Shown: one piece after another, positions 33,660 to 44,229 of the stretch
How the letters are laid out: each line of letters opens with the position of its first letter
How positions within the stretch are numbered: position 1 is the stretch's first letter
Assembly (NCBI GenBank): GCA_963695345.1
Contig: OY968769.1
Location: 992,001-1,056,000, forward strand
DNA length: 64,000 nucleotides
From: an uncultured Methanomassiliicoccales archaeon
GTDB taxonomy: Archaea > Thermoplasmatota > Thermoplasmata > Methanomassiliicoccales > UBA472
Direction: 5' to 3'
Program-made: the position numbers and the translations under genes
Notes under the pieces: model-generated
What the model saw: the letters and a program-made list of their open reading frames with translations, nothing else
Databases searched by the model: none
Told to the model about the DNA's origin: nothing

Positions 33660-33938
33660 ACTAACACCTGTGAGTATCTCGCCCTAATGTAGTTCGCCTT
33701 AAATAACTATTGGTGTCACGAATGGTATATTATTAGCATACGTTGGTAGGACACCAGCAGCTTTTCGGCGACCATTCAAACCGCGCAGGCGACAGGCGCG
33801 GAATGTTATCCGGATGGGATATGATGCACCAGTGATTCTCCCCGAACATATACATTTTCCGCTGGAAAACGTGGTCCGGTACCTGCCCGGAGACCGGAGA
33901 AAAGGATTAACGGCCAGAAAACGGTTAGGTCGGCGATC

Positions 33939-34991
33939 ATGAAGGAAAGCCTTCGTCCCATAGCGGTCGTCATCGTATCCGCCGCGCTGTTCGGAATCAG
34001 CGCACCGTTGGCGAAGTCACTGGTCGAGGGGATGCCCTCGACGGAACTGGCAGGGTTGCTCTATTTGGGCGCGTTCCTTGGCCTGGGTGTCTTTGCGGGA
34101 CTAAGAAGGTTGGCCGGAGCAAAACGATCCTATGAGCCGATCGCCAGAAAGGACGTCAAATGGTTGATCGGTTCGATCGTTTCCGGCGGAATCGTTGCTC
34201 CGATCCTGATGGTCACCGGCCTGACCCTGATCTCCGGTTTCACCGCTTCCCTCCTGCTCAACCTGGAGGGAGTGTTCACCGCCCTGCTGGCAGTGACCTT
34301 GTTCCATCAGAGGGAAGGCAAGAGGCTTTGGGCCGCTCTCCTGATCATGACATTGGCCAGTGTTCTCCTGACCTACGACCCTATGAACGGAATTTTCAGG
34401 ATCGAGGGCTCGTTGTTCCTCATCGGGGCTATGTTGTTCTGGGGCTTGGACAACAATCTTACCCAGAAGATCTCTGGCAAGGACCCGGTCCAAATAACCA
34501 TGACGAAAGGCGCGGTCGCTGGATCCTCATCGATCGCCATAACCTTCCTGATCGGCTCCCAGATGGTTATCGGGAACGGGGTCGTATTTGCCTTGATACT
34601 CGGAGCGTTCAGCTACGGCGTTTCCCTGGTGCTCTTCATTATGGCCCTCGCCAGGCTGGGCTCGGCCAGGACCGCCGCGCTGTTCGCGATCGGACCGTTC
34701 ATCGGAGCAGCGGCCTCCATCCCCCTGCTGGGAGAACCGCTCGAATGGCTCATGCTTCCTGCGGCGATCATGATGGCGATCGCGGTCTGGCTGATAACCA
34801 GGGAGCATCATGTTCACGAACATCGGCACCCGGCGGAAACGCACGCCCATCCCCATGGTCATGACGATCCGCACCATCGACACCATCCGGATGGGGCAGC
34901 AGGGGAGACCCATTCCCATACCCACACCCATGAGGAGACGGTCCATAGCCATGCTCACTGGCCCGACACATCGCACCAACACGAGCACTGA
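33939..34991 (+). CDS. EamA/DMT transporter with His-rich C-terminal tail
   Basis: Two EamA repeats (ASLLLNLEG, WGLDNNLT), then an HxH-rich tail of about 60 aa. Confidence 0.9.
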   Translation: MKESLRPIAVVIVSAALFGISAPLAKSLVEGMPSTELAGLLYLGAFLGLGVFAGLRRLAGAKRSYEPIARKDVKWLIGSIVSGGIVAPILMVTGLTLISGFTASLLLNLEGVFTALLAVTLFHQREGKRLWAALLIMTLASVLLTYDPMNGIFRIEGSLFLIGAMLFWGLDNNLTQKISGKDPVQITMTKGAVAGSSSIAITFLIGSQMVIGNGVVFALILGAFSYGVSLVLFIMALARLGSARTAALFAIGPFIGAAASIPLLGEPLEWLMLPAAIMMAIAVWLITREHHVHEHRHPAETHAHPHGHDDPHHRHHPDGAAGETHSHTHTHEETVHSHAHWPDTSHQHEH

Positions 34992-35074
34992 GACGTTCCT
35001 CTATTCCCTTTGGAAAACACTTATAACCTACGGGCTGCCTTTTTTGCCCAGAAGGGATCGATACGAAAAGGACC

Positions 35075-35797
35075 TTGATACTCCTGGCATCCGCAATCGC
35101 GGTAATTTGCATGATCTTGAGCGCCGCCGCCCCGGCCGTGGCCGATGACCTGATCCATCGAGAGGTCCGTGCAGGAAGTTCGAACATCGCTCTGAACACC
35201 TACGCGGTCATCGGGGAGTTCAGAACCGACCGGGACCCGCTGGTCATCCCGGATATCAGCTATACCGTGTTCACCATCGGCGACAACGGACCGGTGGTCT
35301 ATGACATCCTGCTCATGGACGAGACCAACTATAACAAATACAAGAATCATGAGGCATTCAGTTATATCGCCAACGGGTCCAAGATCGGCCAGAGCGCTCA
35401 ATCGGTAAGCGTGTCCAATCTGGTTCTGGCCAATAACGACCACTTCTTCCTGGTCGCGGACAATACCAATGAGCCTACGGGAGGATCAACTCCGACCCAG
35501 GAGCTTCGCATTGGCTACGTACTGAGCGGCATCAATCTCTCGATCCTGTCGCCATCGGGGAACGTGATCGAATGGTTGCTGATCGCGGCAGTGGCGATCG
35601 CGGTGGTTCTGATAGTGGTTCTGCTGGTCCTGTTCCTGGCCATGAGAAAGAAGGGAAACCAACAGCCGATGGCCGCACCGATCCCTGCGCAACCTGTCAT
35701 AAAGCCGGCGACGGCGGAAGGTAACTGTCCGGTCTGCGGAAAGCCAGTGAGCCCCGACTTCATGATGTGCCCGAACTGTGGGAACCGGCTAAAATGA
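35075..35797 (+). CDS. Secreted/membrane-anchored protein with C-terminal zinc ribbon
   Basis: Signal peptide, beta-rich domain, single TM, CPVCG...CPNCG; start uncertain. Confidence 0.78.
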   Translation: MILLASAIAVICMILSAAAPAVADDLIHREVRAGSSNIALNTYAVIGEFRTDRDPLVIPDISYTVFTIGDNGPVVYDILLMDETNYNKYKNHEAFSYIANGSKIGQSAQSVSVSNLVLANNDHFFLVADNTNEPTGGSTPTQELRIGYVLSGINLSILSPSGNVIEWLLIAAVAIAVVLIVVLLVLFLAMRKKGNQQPMAAPIPAQPVIKPATAEGNCPVCGKPVSPDFMMCPNCGNRLK

Positions 35798-35798
35798 T

Positions 35799-35822
35799 GG
35801 GAGGGAGCCCTCCCGCATTTTG
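35799..35822 (+). terminator. Hairpin plus T-tract terminator candidate
   Basis: GGGAGG-GAGC-CCTCCC followed by GCATTTT right after the stop. Confidence 0.45.
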
Positions 35823-35986
35823 TTACCATTAGCGGTCAGCATTTCCCAATAGCTGAGAGGTCCATTGAGTGAAACGATTCAACCTGGCGATGAACTAGGC
35901 ATATGGATGTCGAAGGTCTGCTCCCGCTGCCAGAAGGGGGGGCGTTTCGAGGAATGGCACGTGCCTATCCAGATGGGGGCCAGACC

Positions 35987-37737
35987 TCACATTCCCCAGA
36001 AGCGGTCCTTCTTCCGCTTGATCTCAAGCGTCTCTTCCAGGACCATCTTCTCGTCGGCGTTGAGATCGTAGTCGGCAAGACCCTTGACCTCCGACTCCAG
36101 GATGTCGACGTAAAGTACCGTGTCGACGTCGATCTGCCGGCCGACCGTCGGCCCGTCGATGGATATGGCGATCTCCTGGCCGGCGATGCCCTCCTTCAGG
36201 GTGTCCTCGCCATCGCGCAGGCTCTTGATCTTGCCGATCTCGTTCCCCTCCCTGTCGATCAGCTCTCTGACCATTGCGGATGCGTCCGCCGAGCACGCGC
36301 ACACCGACGATGGCCGGCTTGCTTACGCGGAAGACGCAGTTGGGCAGAAGCCTGAACTTTCCCGGAAAGGCGGTGAGGGCACGTTTCTCCAGCTCCGCCT
36401 TGCGCTTCTCCTCTGCGACCCACTTCTGGTAGTCGTCGATGAGGCCATAGACGACGTCGTTCAAGAATATCTTGCCCGGATAGTTGGGCAGCGCCTCCTT
36501 GGCGTCGATGAGCATGTCGATGCTGAAGCCGAGGACGGCACGGTGCAGTTCGTCGTTGTACGCTGAGACCTCGATCAGGTCCCTTCTGGATACATCGCCT
36601 ACCTCGTACTTGCGTATCGGGATGCCGGCCTTGGCGCATTCGAAGGCGAGCGCCTCCAATGAACCGATGGCGTCGGCCTTAATCAGAACGCCGGCGTCGG
36701 CGGTCTCGATGTTCACCTTGGTCTCCTTGGTGATCTCTTCCAGGACCGCTTTCTCATTGCCCTTGATGACTCTCAGCGGTGCACCGGCGATCACGCCGTC
36801 CAGCGACTGGCACATGACCTTGACGCCTGCGGCTGCCGTTACCTCAAGCACCGAGCCGAACTTGTCCCGCGGGTCGCGTATCTCGTCCAGCGGTTTGGGC
36901 TTCAATATGGCCTTGACCTTGGTGATGACCGGCTTGTTCCTGGTCCCGAGCGCTACCGTGTCGCCGCGGTGGAGCGTTCCGGAGTAGAGGATGACATCGA
37001 CCGTTGCCCCCAGGCCCTTCTCCTCCTTGACCTCTAGGATGGTTCCCTTGGCCGGCCCTTCCTCGGTCTTCAGCTCCGCTTCGAGGAAACGCTGGGCCAG
37101 TCCGACCAGCACCAGCAGCAGGTCTGGGATGCCCTCCCCGGTCTTGGCCGAGATGGGGATCAGGGCGATGTTCTTGGTGAAATCCTCGATCCGGTCGTAG
37201 CGGTCGGCGGAGAGCCCTTCCATGGCAAGCCTACCGGATATTTCGTACAGCCGGTTGTTGACGTTCTCCTTGGCATTCTCCGGCTGCTCCTTCTCCGAGA
37301 AGATGAATGGGGTCTTCGGGTGGGATATCCAGCCGTCAACCAGGTCGATCTTGTTGAGGGCGATGATGAAGGGCGTCTTGAAACGCCTGAGGATGTTGAT
37401 CGATTCCAGGGTCTGCGGTTTCGGACCCTCGTTTATGTCGATGACCAGTATGGCGATGTCCGCCAGCGAGCCGCCGCGGGCCCGCAGTGAAGTGAACGAC
37501 GAATGTCCGGGAGTGTCGATGAACAGTAGACCGGGGACGCCGAACTTGCTGCTTCCCCATCAGCTTGGCGCACACCTTCTCGATGTGCTCCAGCGGCACC
37601 TCGGTGGCGCCGATGTGCTGGGTGATGAAACCGGCCTCGCGCGACATGACGGTCGTGCCGCGGATGTAATCAAGCAGGCTGGTCTTGCCGTGGTCGACGT
37701 GACCAAGTACACTGACGATAGGCTGCCTGATGCTCAT
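35987..37737 (-). CDS. infB: Translation initiation factor aIF5B/IF-2 (frameshifts near 37557 and 36268)
   Basis: [47 protein letters not shown]-terminal FWGM across three frames. Confidence 0.95.
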
Positions 37738-37863
37738 ATCCAATCGGATTATGGCAAATGTATTTCTATCTTTCTTAGCCCCGGCGGACGGTCGGGATGG
37801 GTTGTTCAAACGTGCCTAAAAAAAGGAATGGAAGAGTGTTGGAAAGAGGTTTGCCAGATCGGT

Positions 37864-38316
37864 TCACTCGAACAGCCAGGAGCTGACGTTGTACTTGTAG
37901 TCCTGGAGCTCGTAGTCGTTGAAGAACAGGTTGATCTCGCGCTTCGCCGATTCCGGGGAATCGGAGCCGTGGATCAGGTTCCTGCCCGTCTGCTGGGCCA
38001 GGTCGCCGCGGATGGTACCGGGTGCGGCGTCCTTGGGGTTGGTCTTGCCCATCATCGTCCTTAGGGTGGCGACGATGTTATCCCCTTCCCAGACCATTAC
38101 GAGCACCGGACCGGAGGTCATGTACTCGATCAGGCCGTTGAAGAAGCCCTTTCCCTTGTGCTCGCCGTAGTGACGCTCAGCCAGTTCCTTCGGGATCCGC
38201 ATGAACTTCATGGCGACCGGCTTGAAGCCCTTGGCCTCGATCCTGCCCAGTATCTCGCCCATGAGCCCGCGCTGGATAGCATCTGGCTTGAGCATGACGA
38301 AAGTGCGCTCGATCAT
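37864..38316 (-). CDS. ndk: Nucleoside diphosphate kinase
   Basis: [26 protein letters not shown]. Confidence 0.97.
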   Translation of the reverse strand: MIERTFVMLKPDAIQRGLMGEILGRIEAKGFKPVAMKFMRIPKELAERHYGEHKGKGFFNGLIEYMTSGPVLVMVWEGDNIVATLRTMMGKTNPKDAAPGTIRGDLAQQTGRNLIHGSDSPESAKREINLFFNDYELQDYKYNVSSWLFE

Positions 38317-38332
38317 CTGGCTCGCCCCGGGA

Positions 38333-38707
38333 TCACGCCTCGGGAGCCTTGGCCTTCGCCTTGGCTTCCTTCGGCTTCTTTTCCTTCTTGGGCTTGGCCT
38401 CGGCTGCCGGGACCACTGCGGTCTCTTCCGGTGCCGGCAGGGCCTTTTGCTCTACCGGTGCCAACGCTGCCTTGGCGGCGGCGTCATCCGCTGCCTTGAG
38501 GTTGCGGGCATCCGTGGCGAGGTTCTTGCGTGCGGCGTAAGCGGCGGTCCAGGTAACCTTCCTGGGGACGCGGCCCATCTCGATCATGTTCTTGGAGCAC
38601 TTGTTGCTGCAGAACAGGAAAGTGGTCCCGTCCTTCTTGACGTACATCTTGCCGGTACCTGGCTCGATCGACGCTCCACAGAAGGTGCATATCTTTTGCT
38701 CTACCAT
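38333..38707 (-). CDS. rpl24e: 50S ribosomal protein L24e with Ala/Lys/Pro-rich tail
   Basis: CTFCG..IEPGTG.MYV..DG...FCSNKC, PRKVTWT. Confidence 0.95.
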   Translation of the reverse strand: MVEQKICTFCGASIEPGTGKMYVKKDGTTFLFCSNKCSKNMIEMGRVPRKVTWTAAYAARKNLATDARNLKAADDAAAKAALAPVEQKALPAPEETAVVPAAEAKPKKEKKPKEAKAKAKAPEA

Positions 38708-38725
38708 TTCAAGTCACCGTCCAGT

Positions 38726-38938
38726 TTACCTTATCGATAGCTTGCGAGCCTCTCTCGAGGTCTCCCTTAGCATCAGGATGTCGCCCATGCGCACTGGCCC
38801 CATGATATTTCTGGTGATGATCCTTCCCTTGTCGCGACCGTCTAGTACACGGACCTTGACCTGGGTGGCTTCACCCGTCATCCCGGTGCGGCCGATGATC
38901 TCGACCACTTCCGAGGCGATGCTCTCTTCATCCACCAT
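38726..38938 (-). CDS. rps28e: 30S ribosomal protein S28e
   Basis: [12 protein letters not shown]...[19 protein letters not shown]. Confidence 0.97.
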   Translation of the reverse strand: MVDEESIASEVVEIIGRTGMTGEATQVKVRVLDGRDKGRIITRNIMGPVRMGDILMLRETSREARKLSIR

Positions 38939-38954
38939 GGTTTAGCACCTTACC

Positions 38955-39332
38955 TTACTTCGCTGCCCTGAGCTTCTTGGCGTTCTCGACGAGGTTGTCC
39001 AGTACTGGCTTTCCCTTTCCGGCGTCCAGTATTGCGATGGATGCGGTGGGCTTTTCCAGTCCGCACGCGTTGCCGAGCTCCGCCTTGGATGCCACGTAAA
39101 CGTACGGGACGTTGCGCTCCTCGCACAGGAGGGGCATGTGAGCCAGGATCTCTGGGGGCTGGACGTCCTCAGCCATAACGATAAGGACCGCCTCTCCTCG
39201 CTCGACAAGCTTGGTGACCTCGTTGGTCCCCTTCTTGATCTTGCCGGTGTCGCGAGCAAGCTCGACGACCTCGTAGGCCTTGTCCTGCAGTTCCTTTGTC
39301 ATCTCGAATCTAACGAATGCTGGTTTTGCCAT
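38955..39332 (-). CDS. rpl7ae: 50S ribosomal protein L7Ae
   Basis: KKGTNEVTKLVERG, AEDVQPPEI, LGNACG. Confidence 0.97.
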   Translation of the reverse strand: MAKPAFVRFEMTKELQDKAYEVVELARDTGKIKKGTNEVTKLVERGEAVLIVMAEDVQPPEILAHMPLLCEERNVPYVYVASKAELGNACGLEKPTASIAILDAGKGKPVLDNLVENAKKLRAAK

Positions 39333-39335
39333 TAT

Positions 39336-39372
39336 TTCACCTCATTCGGATGTTAAACATCCTCATCATTCA
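39336..39372 (-). promoter_or_regulatory. K-turn in the rpl7ae 5' UTR overlapping the SD (L7Ae autoregulation site)
   Basis: mRNA AAUGAUGA-GGAUGU-UUA-ACAUCC-GAAU-GAGGUGA: a stem flanked by tandem GA and a bulge, running into the GAGGUGA SD. Confidence 0.65.
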
Positions 39373-39532
39373 TTGGTAGAATGCGGAATGTGCCAAAGTC
39401 ATGGTGATATTTATAACTTGTCGGCCCAACTGTCGAACAACAGCCAGCATCATGGAATAACTATCTTTTCGATCCTTTGTCCATCATGAGCTAGTCTCCA
39501 TATGTAAGATTGTTGCTTGCCCTTTCGCTTGC

Positions 39533-39940
39533 TTAAGGGGAAAGTTTGTGTCGACCATCCTTGTACTCAGCCAGGACCCGGTAGGCGACCGCTTGGCTGG
39601 CAGTCATAGCCATCATCGCCCCGACCATGACCGCGTCGAACATCTCATCCTCGCTCGCGCCGTACTTATCCGCCTGCTTGAAATGCACCAGTAGGCAATG
39701 CTCCGCGCCGAGCGCCGACCCCGCCGCTATCGCCGCCAGTTCCATGGTCTTCTGGTCCATGAACTTCGGTTTGAACAGAATGGCGCTGGAGAGTTCGGAA
39801 AAAGGGACGAACATGTCCGGTCGCTTGGAAAGCATCTCGGTCACTAAAGGGATCTGACCATAGACCTTCGTTACCCGGTCAAGGATCCTTTGGACACGCT
39901 CATCGCCATTGCGGTTATCCTCGGGGCTATTGTCTACCAT
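39533..39940 (-). CDS. Carboxymuconolactone decarboxylase/AhpD-like protein
   Basis: KTMELAAIAAG...EHCLLVH...GASEDEM. Confidence 0.85.
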   Translation of the reverse strand: MVDNSPEDNRNGDERVQRILDRVTKVYGQIPLVTEMLSKRPDMFVPFSELSSAILFKPKFMDQKTMELAAIAAGSALGAEHCLLVHFKQADKYGASEDEMFDAVMVGAMMAMTASQAVAYRVLAEYKDGRHKLSP

Positions 39941-39982
39941 GATTGATAGAGCGGCTTGATGGAATTAATCCTTTCACATGAA

Positions 39983-40993
39983 TTATTTCTTAAAGTCAAT
40001 CGTTCCTAAACCCTTACGGCCATTCCTTTCGAGTATCCTAAGGAACAGGAACGTGGCCCATCTGGACGGGACCTTCTTCTGACCGAACTCCCAATCTCGA
40101 TAGTCCTGCCAAACCGATCCGGGCACCATCCTTCCATCAGGATCTGCCTTGGAGGACAGGACCGATATCATGTCGACGTACCGGGAATCGTCGATGACGT
40201 CCTGGAAAAGGCTCAGCACGTCGGCGACGTGAAGGATATCATACCACACCAGGGGCGCTTTCACCTTGCGGAAGTCGGTTCCCATATAGAATTGGTATGG
40301 GTGCTTCTCGCGGCTGTTCTCCCACAGGTCGAGCAGGCACTCCGTGCCGAACTTCACTGCATCACAAGAATCTAGGTAGGGAAATTCCGACAAAGCCCCC
40401 AGCGATATCAGGGTGGCGTACGGACAGGGGTCGTCCTTCCTGCCTGGACCCCTGAACTTGCCGATCTCTTTCGATCCCTTGCACATCCAGCCCCTATCGG
40501 ATGAGAGCTCTGCGATCATTTCTGCCGCCTGGAGGACCCGGGAGTCCTTGGCCAGCCCCATCCGGGCCATTGAACTCACCACCATCGGGGCGTCGCAAAT
40601 GACCCAGGCCATCTCCTCGACGCCGGAACCTCCGAAGTGCTTGGGGATCACCATCGGGACCCGGAACTGACCATCCTCCGACATGTTCTCGAAAAGCCGG
40701 TCGGTCGCTATCCTCAAATTCAGGTCATCGACCTTCAGTCCCACATCGGATAGGAATTCCAGGATGTGGATGGGATGCGACGCTGACCGGTGACTGTTGA
40801 GCGGACGCCAAGGCCCCGTCACGGTTGACGCGAGCGATCGGATGTTCGGATCAGACAGCATCTCGGACCGGGCCGCGGCGACCTGCGCATCTGACTCGTC
40901 CAGGTGAAGGAGGTCGAGCATGGTCCGATACCTCACATACGGAGGTCCTTCCATCAGCCATTCGACCGTTCCTTTATCGATCATGTGCATCAT
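39983..40993 (-). CDS. Hypothetical alpha/alpha-toroid (prenyltransferase/squalene-cyclase-like) protein
   Basis: WLMEGPPYVRY, GPGRKDDPCPYAT, FYMGTDFRK.KAP..WYDILH, KADPDG, SRWAT. Confidence 0.65.
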   Translation of the reverse strand: MMHMIDKGTVEWLMEGPPYVRYRTMLDLLHLDESDAQVAAARSEMLSDPNIRSLASTVTGPWRPLNSHRSASHPIHILEFLSDVGLKVDDLNLRIATDRLFENMSEDGQFRVPMVIPKHFGGSGVEEMAWVICDAPMVVSSMARMGLAKDSRVLQAAEMIAELSSDRGWMCKGSKEIGKFRGPGRKDDPCPYATLISLGALSEFPYLDSCDAVKFGTECLLDLWENSREKHPYQFYMGTDFRKVKAPLVWYDILHVADVLSLFQDVIDDSRYVDMISVLSSKADPDGRMVPGSVWQDYRDWEFGQKKVPSRWATFLFLRILERNGRKGLGTIDFKK

Positions 40994-41011
40994 TGCTCCT
41001 TGTGATGTTGC

Positions 41012-41983
41012 TCAGAACACGTGCAGGTCATCCTTGTCGTGGTGCATCTTCATCTCTTCCTGCTTGAATATCGCGCAAACCGGCTCCTCGATCTCATGAC
41101 CATAGTTGCGATACCACTTCTCGCACAGCCAGCGCTGCAATGTCTTGATGTCGTCGTCATTCATGTGGCGGAAGCGCCCCTGCAGCCTGAGATAGTCGCT
41201 CACCGGCAGCATTTTCTTCGGCTTGTAGGTGGTGCGGGACACGCTCTCCTCATACTCGAACAACGTCCACATGCCTGTCTCCACGGCGAGCTTGGCGATC
41301 TCCATGGTCATCGCTGATTCATATTTCCAGCCGGGGACGCATGGCGTCAGTATGTGCAGGAAACGGAACCCGGACATTTGCTTGGCCTTGTCCACCTTCC
41401 TCACGAAATCGTTGAAATGGGCGATCGACAGGGTGGCCGCGTAGGGCGGGTCATGCGCCTCCACGATCTTCATCAGGTCCTTCTTGAACGTTCTCTTCCC
41501 CTGCACCTTGCTGCCCACCGGCGAGGTCGTGGTCCAGGCGCCGAACGGAGTGGACGAGGAACGCTGTATACCAGTGTTCATGAACGCCTCGTTGTCCACG
41601 CAGACATATACGATGTCCTCGTTCCGGTCGAGCGCGCTGGATAGCGCCTGAAGACCGATATCGAACGTCCCGCCGTCACCGGCGATGCCGACCACGATCG
41701 ATTTCTTTCCCCGGCGGCGGTATGCCGCCTTGATCCCGGTGGTAACAGCGCCGGTGTTCTCGAACGCGGTGAAGAAAAAAGGCGTCCGGAATGAGGATAT
41801 GGGATACTGGGCGCTGAAAACAACGGCACAGCTGGCCGGAATGTATACCGTGGTATCAGGGCCGAGTATGCGCATCACGTTCTTGATGGCGATGGCGACC
41901 CCGCAGCCGGGACAGGCGCCGTGTCCGCTCACGAAGAACTCGTTACGCTTTATGTCCTTGAGCCCGTGCATCTCCTCCATCAC
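41012..41983 (-). CDS. porB: 2-oxoacid (pyruvate/ketoisovalerate):ferredoxin oxidoreductase beta subunit
   Basis: GHGACPGCG, TPP motif GDGGTFDIG...DNEAFMNTGIQ, PCVPGW. Confidence 0.92.
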   Translation of the reverse strand: MMEEMHGLKDIKRNEFFVSGHGACPGCGVAIAIKNVMRILGPDTTVYIPASCAVVFSAQYPISSFRTPFFFTAFENTGAVTTGIKAAYRRRGKKSIVVGIAGDGGTFDIGLQALSSALDRNEDIVYVCVDNEAFMNTGIQRSSSTPFGAWTTTSPVGSKVQGKRTFKKDLMKIVEAHDPPYAATLSIAHFNDFVRKVDKAKQMSGFRFLHILTPCVPGWKYESAMTMEIAKLAVETGMWTLFEYEESVSRTTYKPKKMLPVSDYLRLQGRFRHMNDDDIKTLQRWLCEKWYRNYGHEIEEPVCAIFKQEEMKMHHDKDDLHVF

Positions 41984-43152
41984 ATATCACCCCTTAGGTC
42001 ATGCCAGTAGACATCACGTTCCGGTGCCTTCACCATGCTGTCCTCGATCACCCGGAACACCTTTTCCAGCACTTCCGGAGTCAGGTCCCTGCCGCCCAGT
42101 CCGGCGATGTGGTCGGTCAAAGGCAGCCCGGTCCCGTAGACCGCGTTCCTCACCTCGGTGAACACCGGCCCGAAGGCGTTGAACGAAACGGACCGATCGA
42201 AGACCCCCAGCGCTTTGAGCCCCGACACCGCCTCGAGCAGCTCCTCTCGCGGAAATGGCCTCATGAAACGCAACCGTATCAGGCCGACCTTCTTGCCCTC
42301 CGCCCTCAGCCGGTCCACCACCAGGCGGGTCGTGGTGGCGGCCGTCCCGATCGCCACCAGGGCATACTCCGCCCCATCCATGCGGTACAGGTCCAGAAGG
42401 TCGCCGTAGGATCTCCCGAACCGTTTTCCGAAGTCGATGTCGATCTCCTTGATCACGTTCTTCGCCGAATCGATGGCCCGGTCCAGCTGGTACCTCATCT
42501 CGGTGGCGTACTCCGGCGGGCATATGGGGTTCATCACGATGGGATCGTCCGGGTCCAGCACGTTGAGGGGGGCGAATTTCGGCAGGAACGCGTCAACCGC
42601 CGCCTGATCGGGGATGTCGACGCGCTCCACGGTATGCGAGAGGATGAATCCGTCTAGGCATATCATGACCGGGAGCATCACCCGGTGGTCCTCGGCCAGG
42701 CGGAAGGCCTGCAGGGTCATGTCCAGCGCCTCCTGGTTGTTCTCCACATAGCACTGCAGCCAGCCCGACTCCCGTTCGGGCATCGAATCATTGTATTCCA
42801 GCCAAATGCCGGCCGCGGCGCCGAGTGAACGGTTGGCATTGGCCATCACGATTGGCAAACGGATCTGGGGAGCCGCGTAGAGCATCTCGTGCATCAACGC
42901 CAGTCCCTGCGAGGCGGTGGCGGTGAAAGTCCTCACGCCGCCGGCGCTGGCCCCGACCGCCACGCTCATCACGCTATGTTCGCTCTCGACCGGGATGAAG
43001 TCCGCATCCATTTCTCCATTGTTAACGAACTCGGCGATCTCTTCCACGATCAACGTCTGCGGCGTGATCGGAAATGCCGGAACGACCTCAACCCGGGCCA
43101 GTCTGGCGCCCCATGCCACCGCGTGATCCCCGCTGATGACCTTCACTACCAT
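41980..43152 (-). CDS. porA: 2-oxoacid:ferredoxin oxidoreductase alpha subunit
   Basis: FPITPQT, VESEHS, TATASQGL, DGFILSH, GLGGRD; start at MVVKV. Confidence 0.92.
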   Translation of the reverse strand: MVVKVISGDHAVAWGARLARVEVVPAFPITPQTLIVEEIAEFVNNGEMDADFIPVESEHSVMSVAVGASAGGVRTFTATASQGLALMHEMLYAAPQIRLPIVMANANRSLGAAAGIWLEYNDSMPERESGWLQCYVENNQEALDMTLQAFRLAEDHRVMLPVMICLDGFILSHTVERVDIPDQAAVDAFLPKFAPLNVLDPDDPIVMNPICPPEYATEMRYQLDRAIDSAKNVIKEIDIDFGKRFGRSYGDLLDLYRMDGAEYALVAIGTAATTTRLVVDRLRAEGKKVGLIRLRFMRPFPREELLEAVSGLKALGVFDRSVSFNAFGPVFTEVRNAVYGTGLPLTDHIAGLGGRDLTPEVLEKVFRVIEDSMVKAPERDVYWHDLRGDM

Positions 43153-44048
43153 TCCTTCACCCCCTTGACCATCTCGATGGCGTTCACCGGGCACACCTGA
43201 GCGCATACGCCGCATCCTTTGCAGTAACGGAAATCCCACTTCTCATAGTCGTCCTCAAGGCGGTGGATGCAGCCCTCGGGGCAGCTGAACCAGCAGCGCA
43301 GGCATCGGATGCACTTCTCCTTCAGGTAATGGGGCGAGCGGGTCCTCCAGGTGCCGGTCATGTTCTGCCAGGAGCTGCCCGGTCCGACGTTAATGTTCCC
43401 GTACGATTCTGATGGCAACGTGACTCCGATCGGTATGTCCTGCCAGTTCGGAAGCCACATCTCGCGGTGGACGATCTCCCGATTGCCTTGGCATATCCCT
43501 ACCTTGGTCCGGTCGAACGATGCTTGGGCAGCCGCGGAGTTGATCTCCGCCGCCTGGGGGCCAAGCCTTTCCCCAAACCGGTCCACTATCGCCGCCCTGA
43601 TCGAAGCCAGCGAGACCATGTCCTGGACCTTCGCCATCGATCCCAGGATGGACGTGTTAACGATGGGGGCCTTGATGTGTTCCAGGGCGACGGAGGTGGC
43701 ATCGACGACGGCGCAACGCACGGAAACGCCTAGGTCCACTTCCGAGGGCTCCTTCCTGGTGTTGACGACCGCGGAACCGTCCGATTTCAATCCTTCCCCC
43801 ACCGGGTCGATGTCCACCAAAGACTCGTCCAGAACGACGATCATATCTGGCCGGTAGATCTGGGACTTGATCCTGATCTTTTGGTCGTCGATGCGGGCGA
43901 ACGCCCTCACTGGGGCACCGCGTCTTTCAGCGCCAAAAAAGGGAAACGCCTGGGCCTCCAGACCCTCGATGACCGCCGCCTCGGCAAAGGCCTGAGCTGC
44001 CATGACCGCGCCCTGACCCCCCCGACCATGAAAACGAACCTCGAACAT
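43146..44048 (-). CDS. 2-oxoacid:ferredoxin oxidoreductase fused gamma-delta subunit
   Basis: HGRGGQG and FGAERRGAP (gamma) in frame with TGTWR..P, CIRCLRCWFSCP and CKGCGVCAQVCP (delta, 2x[4Fe-4S]). Confidence 0.92.
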   Translation of the reverse strand: MFEVRFHGRGGQGAVMAAQAFAEAAVIEGLEAQAFPFFGAERRGAPVRAFARIDDQKIRIKSQIYRPDMIVVLDESLVDIDPVGEGLKSDGSAVVNTRKEPSEVDLGVSVRCAVVDATSVALEHIKAPIVNTSILGSMAKVQDMVSLASIRAAIVDRFGERLGPQAAEINSAAAQASFDRTKVGICQGNREIVHREMWLPNWQDIPIGVTLPSESYGNINVGPGSSWQNMTGTWRTRSPHYLKEKCIRCLRCWFSCPEGCIHRLEDDYEKWDFRYCKGCGVCAQVCPVNAIEMVKGVKEW

Positions 44049-44229
44049 GTCACAACTCTGGATTACAATTGGACATGTAAGTATATAATCCTGCACTGGC
44101 CAGTTCGATAGTACTAAATATAGATTAAATAAGGAGGTCGTCACCGTCCGGTTTAAGGGATGGACCGAAAGGCATGACCGTCATAAAATTAAGAATGGGT
44201 TTGACCCCCTTCAGGGCAGTGATGAAGGG

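Noticed and set aside
33660-33938. Possible ncRNA or riboswitch between rps6e and the His-rich transporter
   Set aside because: Only short imperfect hairpins; no recognisable family signature.
26825-37737. purL, ribK, eif2g and infB as pseudogenes or programmed frameshifts
   Set aside because: They are conserved on both sides of each break, the translation factors are essential, and I saw no shared slippery motif. Sequencing indels are the simpler explanation.
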